From contig CAVVTZ010000005.1 in the NCBI GenBank assembly GCA_963751275.1, positions 43,956 to 107,955 of the forward strand: DNA of 64,000 bases. Direction: 5' to 3'. Shown one piece after another: positions 11,100 to 20,172 of this stretch; positions within the stretch are counted from its first letter, which is position 1, and each line of letters starts with the position of its first letter. The position numbers were made by a program, and so were the translations under genes. The notes beneath the pieces are model-generated. The model saw nothing but the letters and a program-made list of their open reading frames with translations. It searched no databases and was not told the origin of the DNA. The stretch comes from an uncultured Gemmatimonadaceae bacterium. Lineage in GTDB: Bacteria > Gemmatimonadota > Gemmatimonadetes > Gemmatimonadales > Gemmatimonadaceae.

Positions 11100-12906
11100 T
11101 CACTTGCAGAATTTCTTCAACTGTCCGTCGACGGCCGGGGTGTACTGCTGCAGCGCGGAGAGGATCTGCTGCGCCACCTTCGGGTCGATCGACCCGCCGG
11201 CGGCGACGTTGATCTGCGCGATGAGCAGGTAGTCCTGCGCCTCGTGCGCGAGATCGCACCGCTTCGCGTTGACGTTCGCGCGCACCGCCAGATCGCCCAC
11301 GGAGAACGCCGCGAGACCCTTCACGAACTTGGCCTGGGCGCTCGGCGCGATGCTGTCATCGAGCGACAGGATCGCGACGGCGCGCTTGTAGTCCTCCGCG
11401 TTCTGCGGCTGGGCCGCCTTGGCCGCCTTGAACGCCTGGTTGCCCACGACGAGCAGCAGCTGCTTGCCCGCGATCATGGAATCGGCGCTGAGCTGCTGGG
11501 CCCAATGCGCGGAATCCACCGCTGATTTCGGACTCTTCGGATCGCCCTTCGGCGGCTTCAGCGCCAGCCGGATCGCGGCCACCGCTTGGTCGGGGCGCTG
11601 CAGATCGATGAGCGCCTGCGCCGCGAGGATGTACGAGTGGCTGTTGGTGGAGTCGAGCTTGATGAGCTGGTTCGCCGCATCGAGCGCGGCCTGCGGATTG
11701 CCGCTCAGCCGCTGCACCTGCGAACTCAGGCCCCACAACGTGGGATTGAGCGGGAACTTGGCGAGGCCGGCGGCCGTCTCGGTCGCGGCCATCTTCACCT
11801 CGCCGAGGCGGGCGTACGCCGCGGTCTGGCGGATGAAGAACGTGGTGTCGGCCGCCGACGTATCGACCTTCACCATCTCGTCGCCGATCTGCGTCGCGCG
11901 GCGCATGTCCGCGGTGTCGCCCGTGGCGAGCAGGATCTGCCACTCGAGCTTGATCGAGATCCGGGTCGCCCGGATTCTCCTCGACCGCCTTCATGATGAT
12001 CGGCTTGGCGGCCGGCGCGTAACCGCTCGCGCCGATCTTGATCACCACGTCGGAGACGAGCTGCGGATTCTTCGGGTCGATCGCGATGAGATTGCCCCAC
12101 GCTTCGACGGCCTTGGTGAGGTAGAACCGCGTGCTGTCGGACTGGCCGGCGGCTTTCGCCGCCTGGCCACGCTTGCGGTACTCCTCGCCGAGCATCGTCC
12201 ACGCGAGCTTGTTGCGCGGATCCAGCTCCGTGACCCGCAGCGCCACCGCGACGATCGAGTCGCTCGAGTAGTCCTTCTTGATCCACGCGTTCGCGAGGCA
12301 GATGCGGCCCACCGTGGAGGCGGGATAGACCGCGATCGCCGCGCGCGCCGACGCGATGGCGCCGTCCAGATCGTTGTTCTGCGTCTTGTGGAGGCAGGCG
12401 ACGAAATCGGGCACCTCTTTGCGCGCCGCCTGGAAGGACTTGGACACCTGCGAGGCGACGTCGCCGAGCTTCGTGCCCGACGCCGGCGGGAGCGGCTGCG
12501 ACATGTCGATGGAGCCGGTCACGAAGAAGCGCGTGTCGAGCTTGTACGCGTTGCCCGTCTTCACCACGTTGCCCTCGAGATACTCCTCGGTGCGGAGCGT
12601 GGTCGCGAGCAGGCGCGCGGTCAGCCCGTCGGGCGCGCTGTCGCAGCTGAAGCCGGAGGCTTCGAGGTTCGCGCAGACGGTGGTCTTCGCGATCACCGCG
12701 AGCTGCTTCACGCTCACATCGGAGGCAATGCGCTGCCGCACTTCCTCGGACGCCTGGGGACCCAGTCCCTTCTCGTTGCCGCGGAACGGCACGACCATGA
12801 GACGGGGCACCTCCTCGCCGGCGCGCTGCGCGGCGAGCGAGCCCAGCGGGGCGAGCGCGGCAGCGGCGACGAGCACCGCGACGAGTGAGCACTGAGCACG
12901 ATTCAT
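11100..12906 (-). CDS. Secreted TPR-repeat protein (frameshift ~11955)
   Basis: Signal peptide MNRAQCSLVAVL...LAAQ; TPR-like repeats (ELDPRNKLAW, IDPKNP, FPLNPTLW); two ORFs join across one indel. Confidence 0.7.
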
Positions 12907-12984
12907 TGCCTTCACGGGCGACGACCTCCGAATGTGTACACTGAATACCCCCGCCGTGACGCTGCGGCTCCGGCGGGACACCAA

Positions 12985-13058
12985 TGGGCGAAGAGGGATT
13001 CGAACCCCCGACATCCTGCGTGTAAGGCAGGCGCTCTAACCAGCTGAGCTATTCGCCC
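12985..13058 (-). tRNA. tRNA-Val(TAC), CCA not encoded
   Basis: GGGCGAA/TTCGCCC acceptor stem, D-arm TAGCTCAGCTGGTTAGAGC, anticodon arm CCTGC-CTTACAC-GCAGG, T-loop GTTCGAATC. Confidence 0.97.
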
Positions 13059-13131
13059 AACGCAACCGCCGGCGACGGCCCCACGCGCCGCGCATCGCGC
13101 GGGGCCGGGGCCGCCCGAGACTGCGGAGAAA

Positions 13132-13302
13132 TTACGTGAGAATGGCCACCGGAACCAGCACGCAATAGCCGATCACAAGGAGCACCGGGGCGATCGTGTC
13201 GCCGCCACGGACCAGGTCCGCATAACCGCCGGCGAGCGCGAGCGCCGCGAGCGACCACCAGATCGCGGCCTTGATGCGTGGAGTCGATTCCGTTTTCTGC
13301 AT
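13132..13302 (-). CDS. Small two-TM membrane protein (56 aa)
   Basis: MQKTESTPRIKAAIWWSLAAL...VLVPVAILT; consensus-like promoter directly upstream. Confidence 0.6.
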   Translation of the reverse strand: MQKTESTPRIKAAIWWSLAALALAGGYADLVRGGDTIAPVLLVIGYCVLVPVAILT

Positions 13303-13311
13303 AAGTTGTAA

Positions 13312-13340
13312 AGGATAGACCCCCCCGCTGGCAGTGTCAA
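13312..13340 (-). promoter_or_regulatory. Sigma70-type promoter
   Basis: TTGACA-N17-TATCCT on the minus strand. Confidence 0.7.
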
Positions 13341-13359
13341 GCAACGGCGCGGCGCGCAG

Positions 13360-14403
13360 TTAGGACCTCGTAACGCCTTCGGGAGGCTCCTCGTCGCCCG
13401 GCGGCCGCGGCGGGGGGATCGCACTCGCCAGGAGCGCCTCGATCGCGCTCTGCCGCGCCGCCCGCTCGGTGGCCTCTTCGGACGCCAGCATCGCGTCCAG
13501 GCGACGCCGGTCGCGCCGCCGTCGCGCCGAGTACAGCGGGATCAGCAGGAGCCCGAGGACCGATGCGAGCACGGTGATGTTCGCGAGCAGCGCGAGCGCG
13601 CCGTACCGGCGCATCGTGCGCGCGCGCCAATCCTTCTCGAACGACGCCGCCGTGAGACCGTACGCCTCGCGCATCGCCTTGTCCATCGACCCGGTCGCGC
13701 GCCACCGCTCCAGGAAGAGCGACAGCCCGCGCACGGTGTCGATCTGCGCGAGATCGGCGACGGCCCGGTACGCGAGCGCGTATGCGGTGCCCGCCCGCAC
13801 GGCGCCGCCGGTGAAGCCGGCATCGAGCGAATCGAGCGGTGGCATGCCGCCGAGCACGAGGCCCACGCTCGCGGCGAGCACTTCGTCGCGCGCCCACTCG
13901 CGCGCGCAATAGCTGGCGTAGCCCTCATCGAACCAGCGCGGCGGCAGGTCGCCCATGGTCTCGAACAAGGCGAGATGCGCGAGCTCGTGCCGCAGCACGG
14001 ACACCGGCTCACCGGCATCCGAGCCCGCGTGACTCCCCTGCATCACGATCCGGCGCTCCGAGGGGATCGCGATCGCCGCGCCCCACTCCGGCGCGCCGGC
14101 GCCCGTCCACTCGCGGAACTGCCGCGCGCCCGGAGCGATCGCGATGAGCACCGCGTCCCGCGGACGCGGCAGGCCCGGGAACGTGTCGCGCGCGGCCGCG
14201 CTGTCGAGCAGCGTGCGCGCGAGCGGCAGGTCGGCATCGCCCGCCATGATCGTGAAGCGTCCGGCGGTGAGGCGCGTCATCTTCCCGTCCTGCGCGCGCG
14301 CGCCCGCCGGCGCGGCGAGCGCCAGCAGCAGCGCTACGATGAACGCGAGGGAGTGCCGCCGTCCTCGACGTGCTTGAGCATCTCGCCGCAGCGCTTCCCC
14401 CAT
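13360..14403 (-). CDS. Peptidase MA-like (gluzincin) metalloprotease, exported and membrane-anchored; start uncertain
   Basis: Hydrophobic signal FIVALLLALAAPAGARA, HELAH...WFDEG zinc motif, C-terminal TM. Confidence 0.75.
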   Translation of the reverse strand: MGEALRRDAQARRGRRHSLAFIVALLLALAAPAGARAQDGKMTRLTAGRFTIMAGDADLPLARTLLDSAAARDTFPGLPRPRDAVLIAIAPGARQFREWTGAGAPEWGAAIAIPSERRIVMQGSHAGSDAGEPVSVLRHELAHLALFETMGDLPPRWFDEGYASYCAREWARDEVLAASVGLVLGGMPPLDSLDAGFTGGAVRAGTAYALAYRAVADLAQIDTVRGLSLFLERWRATGSMDKAMREAYGLTAASFEKDWRARTMRRYGALALLANITVLASVLGLLLIPLYSARRRRDRRRLDAMLASEEATERAARQSAIEALLASAIPPPRPPGDEEPPEGVTRS

Positions 14404-15195
14404 GGATTGAACTTGTTGGCGGCGAGTCCGTCGCGCCACGCCTGCTTCGCATCCTCCTGCTTGCCGTCGAACCAGAGCGCGCGGCCCAACTCGTAGTACG
14501 CTTCGATCAGGTTCGGCCCGATCGCGAGCGTCTTCCGGAAGAAGGTCTGCGCATCCTCGTACATCTCGCGCTCGGCATACGTGAGCCCCAGGTAGAAATG
14601 CGCGTAGAGCGTCGCCTTCCGGTCGTTGTCGAGGCGGATCGCCTTGGAGAGATGCTCGATCGCCTCGCCGAAGATCTTCTTCTTCAGGCAGATGTATCCG
14701 AGGTTGATGCGCGCCAGCGAGTTCGTCGGCTGGCGCATGAGCACCTTCTGGAAGTTGAGCAGCGCCTCGTCGTACTTCTCCTGCAGCATCTGCGCCCAGC
14801 CGAGCAGCGACTCGGTCTGCGGATCGTTCGGCGACAGCTCGAGCGCCTTGAGCAGCGCCTTCTCCGCGCCTTCGTGATCGCCGAGCGAGATGAGGCTCCA
14901 TCCCTTCTCGATGAAGGTCGACGCGCCGATGTGGTCGGCGACCACCGGTCGCTCGCTCACGAACTCCGGCGCGTTCGAGGGCGCGGTGGATTGCTGCAGC
15001 TGCTTCCACCGCTCGACGAGCTTCTTCACATCATCGCGCAGCGCGGTCATCTCGTGCGATCTCCTGCTCCGTCTGCTTGAACAGGCTGATGATCTCGCCC
15101 TTGATCGCGTCGCGCGCGTCCGGCGCGCCCGCGTCCTCGAGGCGGGCGGCGATCGCGTCGTACTGCTGGCGCAGGCTGTTCGCGTCGTCAGTCAT
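14334..15195 (-). CDS. TPR protein with N-terminal helical/coiled-coil region (frameshift ~15055)
   Basis: MTDANSLRQQY... joins the 238-aa ORF carrying ~5 clear TPRs. Confidence 0.8.
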
Positions 15196-15665
15196 GCGTC
15201 GCCGCCTTCACCGCTTTCTTGAGTTCGACCCGCTCGCTCGAGTTGAGCAGATGCGGCACATCCAGGAAGATGATGAGTCCGTCGTCCTGGCGCACGAGGC
15301 CGCGGAGATACTCGGCCTTGAGCCCGCGGAAGACCTTCGGCGGTTCGGCGACCCGGTCCGCCGGGATCGTCGCCACTTCGAGCACGGCATCCACGATCGC
15401 GCCGATCCATTCGTCGCCGGTGGCGAAGATGATGATCCGCGTCTCCGGCCGCGGATCGCGCCGCTCGAGACCGAATCGCGCGCGCAGGTCCACGACCGGC
15501 ACCACTTTCCCCTGATGCTCGATCACGCCCTCGAGCCAGCCGGGCAGGTTCGGCAGCACGGTGGGCTTCGCGTAGCGCAGCACGCGCTCCACCGCCGCCA
15601 CATTCGCCGGCGAAGCGGTCGTCGCCGAGGCGGAACGTCACGACCTGCTGGAGGGCGCCGGTCAT
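15188..15665 (-). CDS. cheW: CheW (frameshift ~15603)
   Basis: VVTFRLG..., LEGVIEHQGKVVPVVDLRARF, IVDAVLEV, IFLDV. Confidence 0.88.
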
Positions 15666-16129
15666 GCGCGCGCTCCGAGGCACGCGCGCACGAGCGCGTC
15701 GGGATCGCACACCGCCACGAGCTCCGCGCCGCGTGGCAGCACGCCCGAGAGCACCGGCTCCGCCGACGCGGGGCCGGGCACCGGGCGCAACGACGCGATA
15801 TCGGCGAGGATCACATCCTCCACGTCGTCCACGATCACGCCCACGCGGCCGCCGCGGCCGCGCACGACGAGCGTGACCTCGTCCCCCGCGCCGCTCCGCG
15901 CGATGCCGAATACCTGCTCCGCCGCGTACACCGGCAGCCGCGCGCCGCGATACTGCGCCACGCCCGCCATGTCGCGCGGCATGCCCGGCAGCGAATGGCG
16001 CTCGAGCGCTTCCACGGCTTCCTCCGCGTTCGCGAGCGGCATGGCGAAGAACTCCTTCCCCACGCGGAAGAGCAGGAATTCCGCGAGCCCGGTGAGCGGA
16101 GCGGCCGGCGCGGCATCGATGGGCGTCAT
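15662..16129 (-). CDS. cheW: CheW-like protein (divergent)
   Basis: FLLFRVGKEFFAMPL, GVAQYRGARLPVY, GVIVDDVEDV. Confidence 0.8.
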   Translation of the reverse strand: MTPIDAAPAAPLTGLAEFLLFRVGKEFFAMPLANAEEAVEALERHSLPGMPRDMAGVAQYRGARLPVYAAEQVFGIARSGAGDEVTLVVRGRGGRVGVIVDDVEDVILADIASLRPVPGPASAEPVLSGVLPRGAELVAVCDPDALVRACLGARA

Positions 16130-17262
16130 GTCCTCTCCTTGCGCGTGACCGGGCGGCCGGCGCGTGCGGGCGTGGAGGGCGGCCGCCGCGCCGCGACGGT
16201 CTCGGCGATCGCGGCCGCGATCTCTCCCAGGGCGACGACGCGCGTCGCGCCCCCCGCCGCCGCGGCGGCCTGCGGCATGCCGAAGATGATCGAGGTCGCG
16301 CGATCCTGCGCGATGCCGGTCCCGCCGGCGTCGCGGATCGCGCGCAGTCCCTCGGCGCCATCGCGCCCCATGCCCGTGAGTACGACGCCGATCGCCGCGC
16401 CGCCCAGGCACTCGGCGGCCGAGCGGAAGAGCGGATCGGCCGCGGGGCGCACGCCCCAGATCGGTGGTCCATCGTCGAGCGCGAGCGCGGGGCCATCGGC
16501 GCCCGCCCGCAGGCGCAGGTGGCGTCCGCCGGGGGCGATGTACACGTGGCCGCGGCGCAGCAACTGGCCATCTTCGGCCTCGCTCACCGGCATGCGGCTG
16601 TGCGCGTTGAGGCGCTCGGCGAGACTGCGCGTGAAGCCGGCGGGCATGTGCTGCACGACGACGACGGCGGCGTCGAGCGTGCGCGGGAGCGCGGGGATCA
16701 CTTCGGCGAGCGCGCGCGGTCCGCCGGTGGAACTCGCGATGGCCACGACGCAAGCGGCGGCGGCGCTGGCCGGCGCTCCGCGCACTTCGGCCGACGGGAT
16801 CCGCCGCGCCGATCCGGCTTCCGTGAACGCCGCGACGCCGCGGAGATTCACCTCGGCGGCGGCGCGGAGCGCCTCGAGCAGCGGACCGCGCACCGTCGCG
16901 AGATCGAGGCTGATCGGGCCGGATGGTTTCTTCAGGAAATCCACGGCGCCGAGTTCCAGGGCGCGGAACACGGGATCGTTCGGCCCGCCGGTGGCCGCGC
17001 CGCTCAGCATCACGACCGGCCGCGGCGATTCCTGCATGATCCGCTCGAGCGCGGCGAGGCCATCGAGCTCCGGCATCTCGATGTCCATCGTCACGATGTC
17101 GGGCTCGAGCGCGCGCACCTTCTTGAGCGCGTCGGCGCCGTGGCGCGCCGTGCCCACCACGCGGAACTCGCCCGACCCGTCGATGAGATCGACGACGAGC
17201 TTGCGCATGAAGGCGCTATCGTCCACCACCAGCACGGTGCGCAGGGCGCTAGAGCTCGACAT
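16126..17262 (-). CDS. cheB: Chemotaxis methylesterase with receiver domain
   Basis: VLVVDDSAFMR, TMDIEMP; catalytic SSTGG, VQHMP, TGMGRDG. Confidence 0.95.
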   Translation of the reverse strand: MSSSSALRTVLVVDDSAFMRKLVVDLIDGSGEFRVVGTARHGADALKKVRALEPDIVTMDIEMPELDGLAALERIMQESPRPVVMLSGAATGGPNDPVFRALELGAVDFLKKPSGPISLDLATVRGPLLEALRAAAEVNLRGVAAFTEAGSARRIPSAEVRGAPASAAAACVVAIASSTGGPRALAEVIPALPRTLDAAVVVVQHMPAGFTRSLAERLNAHSRMPVSEAEDGQLLRRGHVYIAPGGRHLRLRAGADGPALALDDGPPIWGVRPAADPLFRSAAECLGGAAIGVVLTGMGRDGAEGLRAIRDAGGTGIAQDRATSIIFGMPQAAAAAGGATRVVALGEIAAAIAETVAARRPPSTPARAGRPVTRKERT

Positions 17263-17732
17263 TGCCCCTCGCCATCGAGCGCACTTCGACGCGCCCGTCA
17301 CCCGTGTGGAAGTACACGCTGCGGCCGTGTCCGCCACCGACGTCCTCGCCGATCACCGGGATGCGCGCGAGCGCGAGCGCCTTGCGACTCGCCAGGAGAT
17401 TGCGCTCGCCGATCTGCATGCCGGTGGAGGAAAGCAGCGACGTGAACATGCTGGCGCCGCCGACGAGGCGCGCGGTGATGCGGCGGTCCAGCGCGCCCAG
17501 CGCGCGCATCTCGCTCGAGGAGCAGCGGCACCGCGGAGGACGGGAACTTCGCGCGATTGCTGCGGTCGCGCGCCATCGAGTCGCTGGGCAGCAGCACGTG
17601 CGCCAGGCCGCCCACCTGCGCCTCGGGGTCGTGGAGCACGATGGCCACACAGCTCCCCAGGCCGATGCTGGCGATGACCGCATCCCCCTGCGCGACCGCG
17701 GCGTCGGCGACGTGCACGCGGATCTCCTTCAC
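17249..17732 (-). CDS. cheD: Chemoreceptor glutamine deamidase (frameshift ~17513)
   Basis: GLGSCVA, GGLAHVLLP, GGASMF, IGERN, EDVGG..GR. Confidence 0.92.
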
Positions 17733-18550
17733 GACGCCCGGCGGAAGATGCGCTCGCGCGCATCCACGACCTCGAAGCGCGACCGCGCGGGGCCGGTGAG
17801 CGTCTCGACTTTGCCCTGGAAGAGCAGGCCGCCGGGGGCGAGCGCGTCGTGGAACTTCTCGAGCAGCGCCTCCTGGGAGCGGCGGTCGAAGTAGATCGTG
17901 ACGTTGCGGCAGACGATGAGCTCGAACGGGCCGCCGGGCGGCGGATCGGCGAGCAGGTCGTGCCGGCCCAGGCGGACGAGCGCGCGCACGGCCGGCGCGA
18001 TGGCGTACGGCCCGTCGCCGGGGAAGTACGCGGCCCGCAGGTCGGCGGGCACGTCGGGCAGCGTGGACGCGTCGTACACGGCGCGCTCCGCCGCCTCGAG
18101 GCTAGCCGCGTCGATGTCCGTGCCGACGATCTCCACCGCGCGCGCCTTCTTGCCGAGCGCGGCGAGACGACGGTGCACGAGGATCGCGAGCGTGTAGGTC
18201 TCCTCGCCGCTCGCGCAGCCGGCGCTCCAGATGCGCAGCGGCGTGCGCGCCGCGGTGATCAGCGGCGCGAGCACTTCCGTGTCCAGCGCCGCCCACGCCT
18301 CCGGGTTCCGGAAGAAGCGCGTCACGTTGATGGTGAGCGCATCGAGGAGACGGTCGTACTCGGCGCCGTCGCTGTCGAGCACGCGCGCGTAGTCGCGGTA
18401 GGTGTGCACGCCGCGCGCGCGCATGCGCACCGCGATCCGGCGGCGCAGGCACTTCTCCTTGTAGCTCGCGCAGCCGAAGCCGCGCTCGCGCGTGATCTTG
18501 GCGGTGAGCGCCGCGAAATCCGCGTCGGACAAGGCGGTGCCGGCCGTCAT
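17729..18550 (-). CDS. cheR: Protein-glutamate methyltransferase
   Basis: TINVTRFFR, WSAGCASGEE, GTDID, CRNVTIYF. Confidence 0.95.
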   Translation of the reverse strand: MTAGTALSDADFAALTAKITRERGFGCASYKEKCLRRRIAVRMRARGVHTYRDYARVLDSDGAEYDRLLDALTINVTRFFRNPEAWAALDTEVLAPLITAARTPLRIWSAGCASGEETYTLAILVHRRLAALGKKARAVEIVGTDIDAASLEAAERAVYDASTLPDVPADLRAAYFPGDGPYAIAPAVRALVRLGRHDLLADPPPGGPFELIVCRNVTIYFDRRSQEALLEKFHDALAPGGLLFQGKVETLTGPARSRFEVVDARERIFRRAS

Positions 18551-20172
18551 GCGGGCATCGTCCTCACGAGATCGAGGTTCGTGCGGATCACTTCGTTCTC
18601 GGGGTTGAGCGCGAGCGCACGCTCCCAGTAGGCGAGCGCCTGGTCCTTCTCCTGCCACTTGAAGCGGATGTTGCCGAGCTTGAAGTACACGTCATCGCCG
18701 AGCGCCGGGTCGAGCTTGATCGCACGCTGGAACGCCTCGAGCGCCTCGTCGTAGCGCGAGCTGCGATAGAGGCAGTCGCCGAGGTTCTTGAACAGCTGCG
18801 GGATCGAGCCATCCTCGTGCAGGCCGCGCTCGGCCGCCTGCGCGGCGGCGGCCATGTCGCCGCGTCGCTCGTGCACCGCCGCGAGCGTGTTGTAGAGCAC
18901 CGCGGCGTGCGGATGCAATTCGACGCCCTCGTTCACGATCTCGAGCGCGCGGTCGAGCTCGCCGGTGAGCGCGGCGGCGAGCGCCGCATAGTGGAACCAC
19001 GCCGGCGATGGCGGGCGCTTCCCCCAGAGCAGCCGCGATGCGGTGAGCAGCGCATCGGCCTCATCCACGTCGCCGCTCTTGAGCGCGAGCACGCCGAGCG
19101 ACGTGCGGATGCGCGGATCGTCCTGGCCGCCGCGCTGGATCGCCTCCTGCAGCGCCTCGCGCGCGTCGTCGTAGTGGCCCATGCGCTCGAGCGCGTAGGC
19201 GAGGTTGTGGAAGATCGCCGGGCGCACATTGGGCTGCGCGCCGGCCTCGCGCAGCGTGAGCACGGCCTCGGACCACTTCCCCTCGCGCATCGCGACGAGC
19301 CCGAGATAGAATCGCGCGGGGACGTCGGTCTCGTTCAGCTCCACCACGCGGCGGAACTCGCGCGTGGCCTCCTCGAACATCGCGGTCTTGTAGAACGCGA
19401 CGCCGAGGTTGCGGTGCTCCTCCACGCGCGCCTCGCGCACGCCGTCATCCACCGGGCGCGACTTGCCGGCGCGGTGGAGGAAGCCCGCGGTCGCGAGCGC
19501 GTACAGCGCCTTCCCCACCTCGAACTCGCCGATCCCCGAGGCGTCGATGAGCGTCGTGACGTCGCGGCGGCCATCGATGAGCGGGATCAGCTGCTCCTGC
19601 GTCGGCGTCAGCTGCGCCTCGCTCTGCGACAGGCGCGCGCGGTCCACTTCGAAGATGATGTCGAAGCTCGGCACCTTCTTCTCGATCAGGCTCCACTCGT
19701 CCACGCGCCGCGCGCCTTCCAGCAGCAGCGACTCGGGATTGATCGACACGAGGACGTCGTGCTCCTCGGGGCGCATGTCGGCCTCGAAGCTGAACGTCCC
19801 CTGCGTCCACGTGAAGAGGTAGTACACCGCCTCCTCGATCTGCACGCGGATGTAGCGGTGCAGCTCCTCGCGCGTGAGGATCTGCTGCTCGATGAGGATC
19901 TCGCCGAGCCGCTTGCCGCGGTGCGCCTTGCTCTGCGCCTCGATCGCGACGTCGAGCTCGAGCTGCGTGACCACGCCGTGCTTCACGAGCAGGTCGCCAA
20001 GGCGGTCGCGGCGGTTGACGATGGACGCGTACGAGATGCGCCCGCGGTCGAAGAAGATGTAGCCGAAGTTGTTCCGATCGGCGACCGACAGGCAGCCGGT
20101 CTTCTGCCCCATGGCGAGGAGCTGCAGGACGTCGGGGAGCGACGCCTCCTTGAGACTGCCCTTGATCGCCAT
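18547..20172 (-). CDS. DUF4388 (PATAN-like) + MshEN-like + TPR protein
   Basis: GSLKEASLPDVLQLL..KTGCL; tandem RLG motifs; ~8 C-terminal TPRs. Confidence 0.8.
   Translation of the reverse strand: MAIKGSLKEASLPDVLQLLAMGQKTGCLSVADRNNFGYIFFDRGRISYASIVNRRDRLGDLLVKHGVVTQLELDVAIEAQSKAHRGKRLGEILIEQQILTREELHRYIRVQIEEAVYYLFTWTQGTFSFEADMRPEEHDVLVSINPESLLLEGARRVDEWSLIEKKVPSFDIIFEVDRARLSQSEAQLTPTQEQLIPLIDGRRDVTTLIDASGIGEFEVGKALYALATAGFLHRAGKSRPVDDGVREARVEEHRNLGVAFYKTAMFEEATREFRRVVELNETDVPARFYLGLVAMREGKWSEAVLTLREAGAQPNVRPAIFHNLAYALERMGHYDDAREALQEAIQRGGQDDPRIRTSLGVLALKSGDVDEADALLTASRLLWGKRPPSPAWFHYAALAAALTGELDRALEIVNEGVELHPHAAVLYNTLAAVHERRGDMAAAAQAAERGLHEDGSIPQLFKNLGDCLYRSSRYDEALEAFQRAIKLDPALGDDVYFKLGNIRFKWQEKDQALAYWERALALNPENEVIRTNLDLVRTMPA

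Noticed and set aside
12985..13058. tRNA as an island integration site
   Set aside because: No integrase, duplicated tRNA 3' end or composition shift noticed
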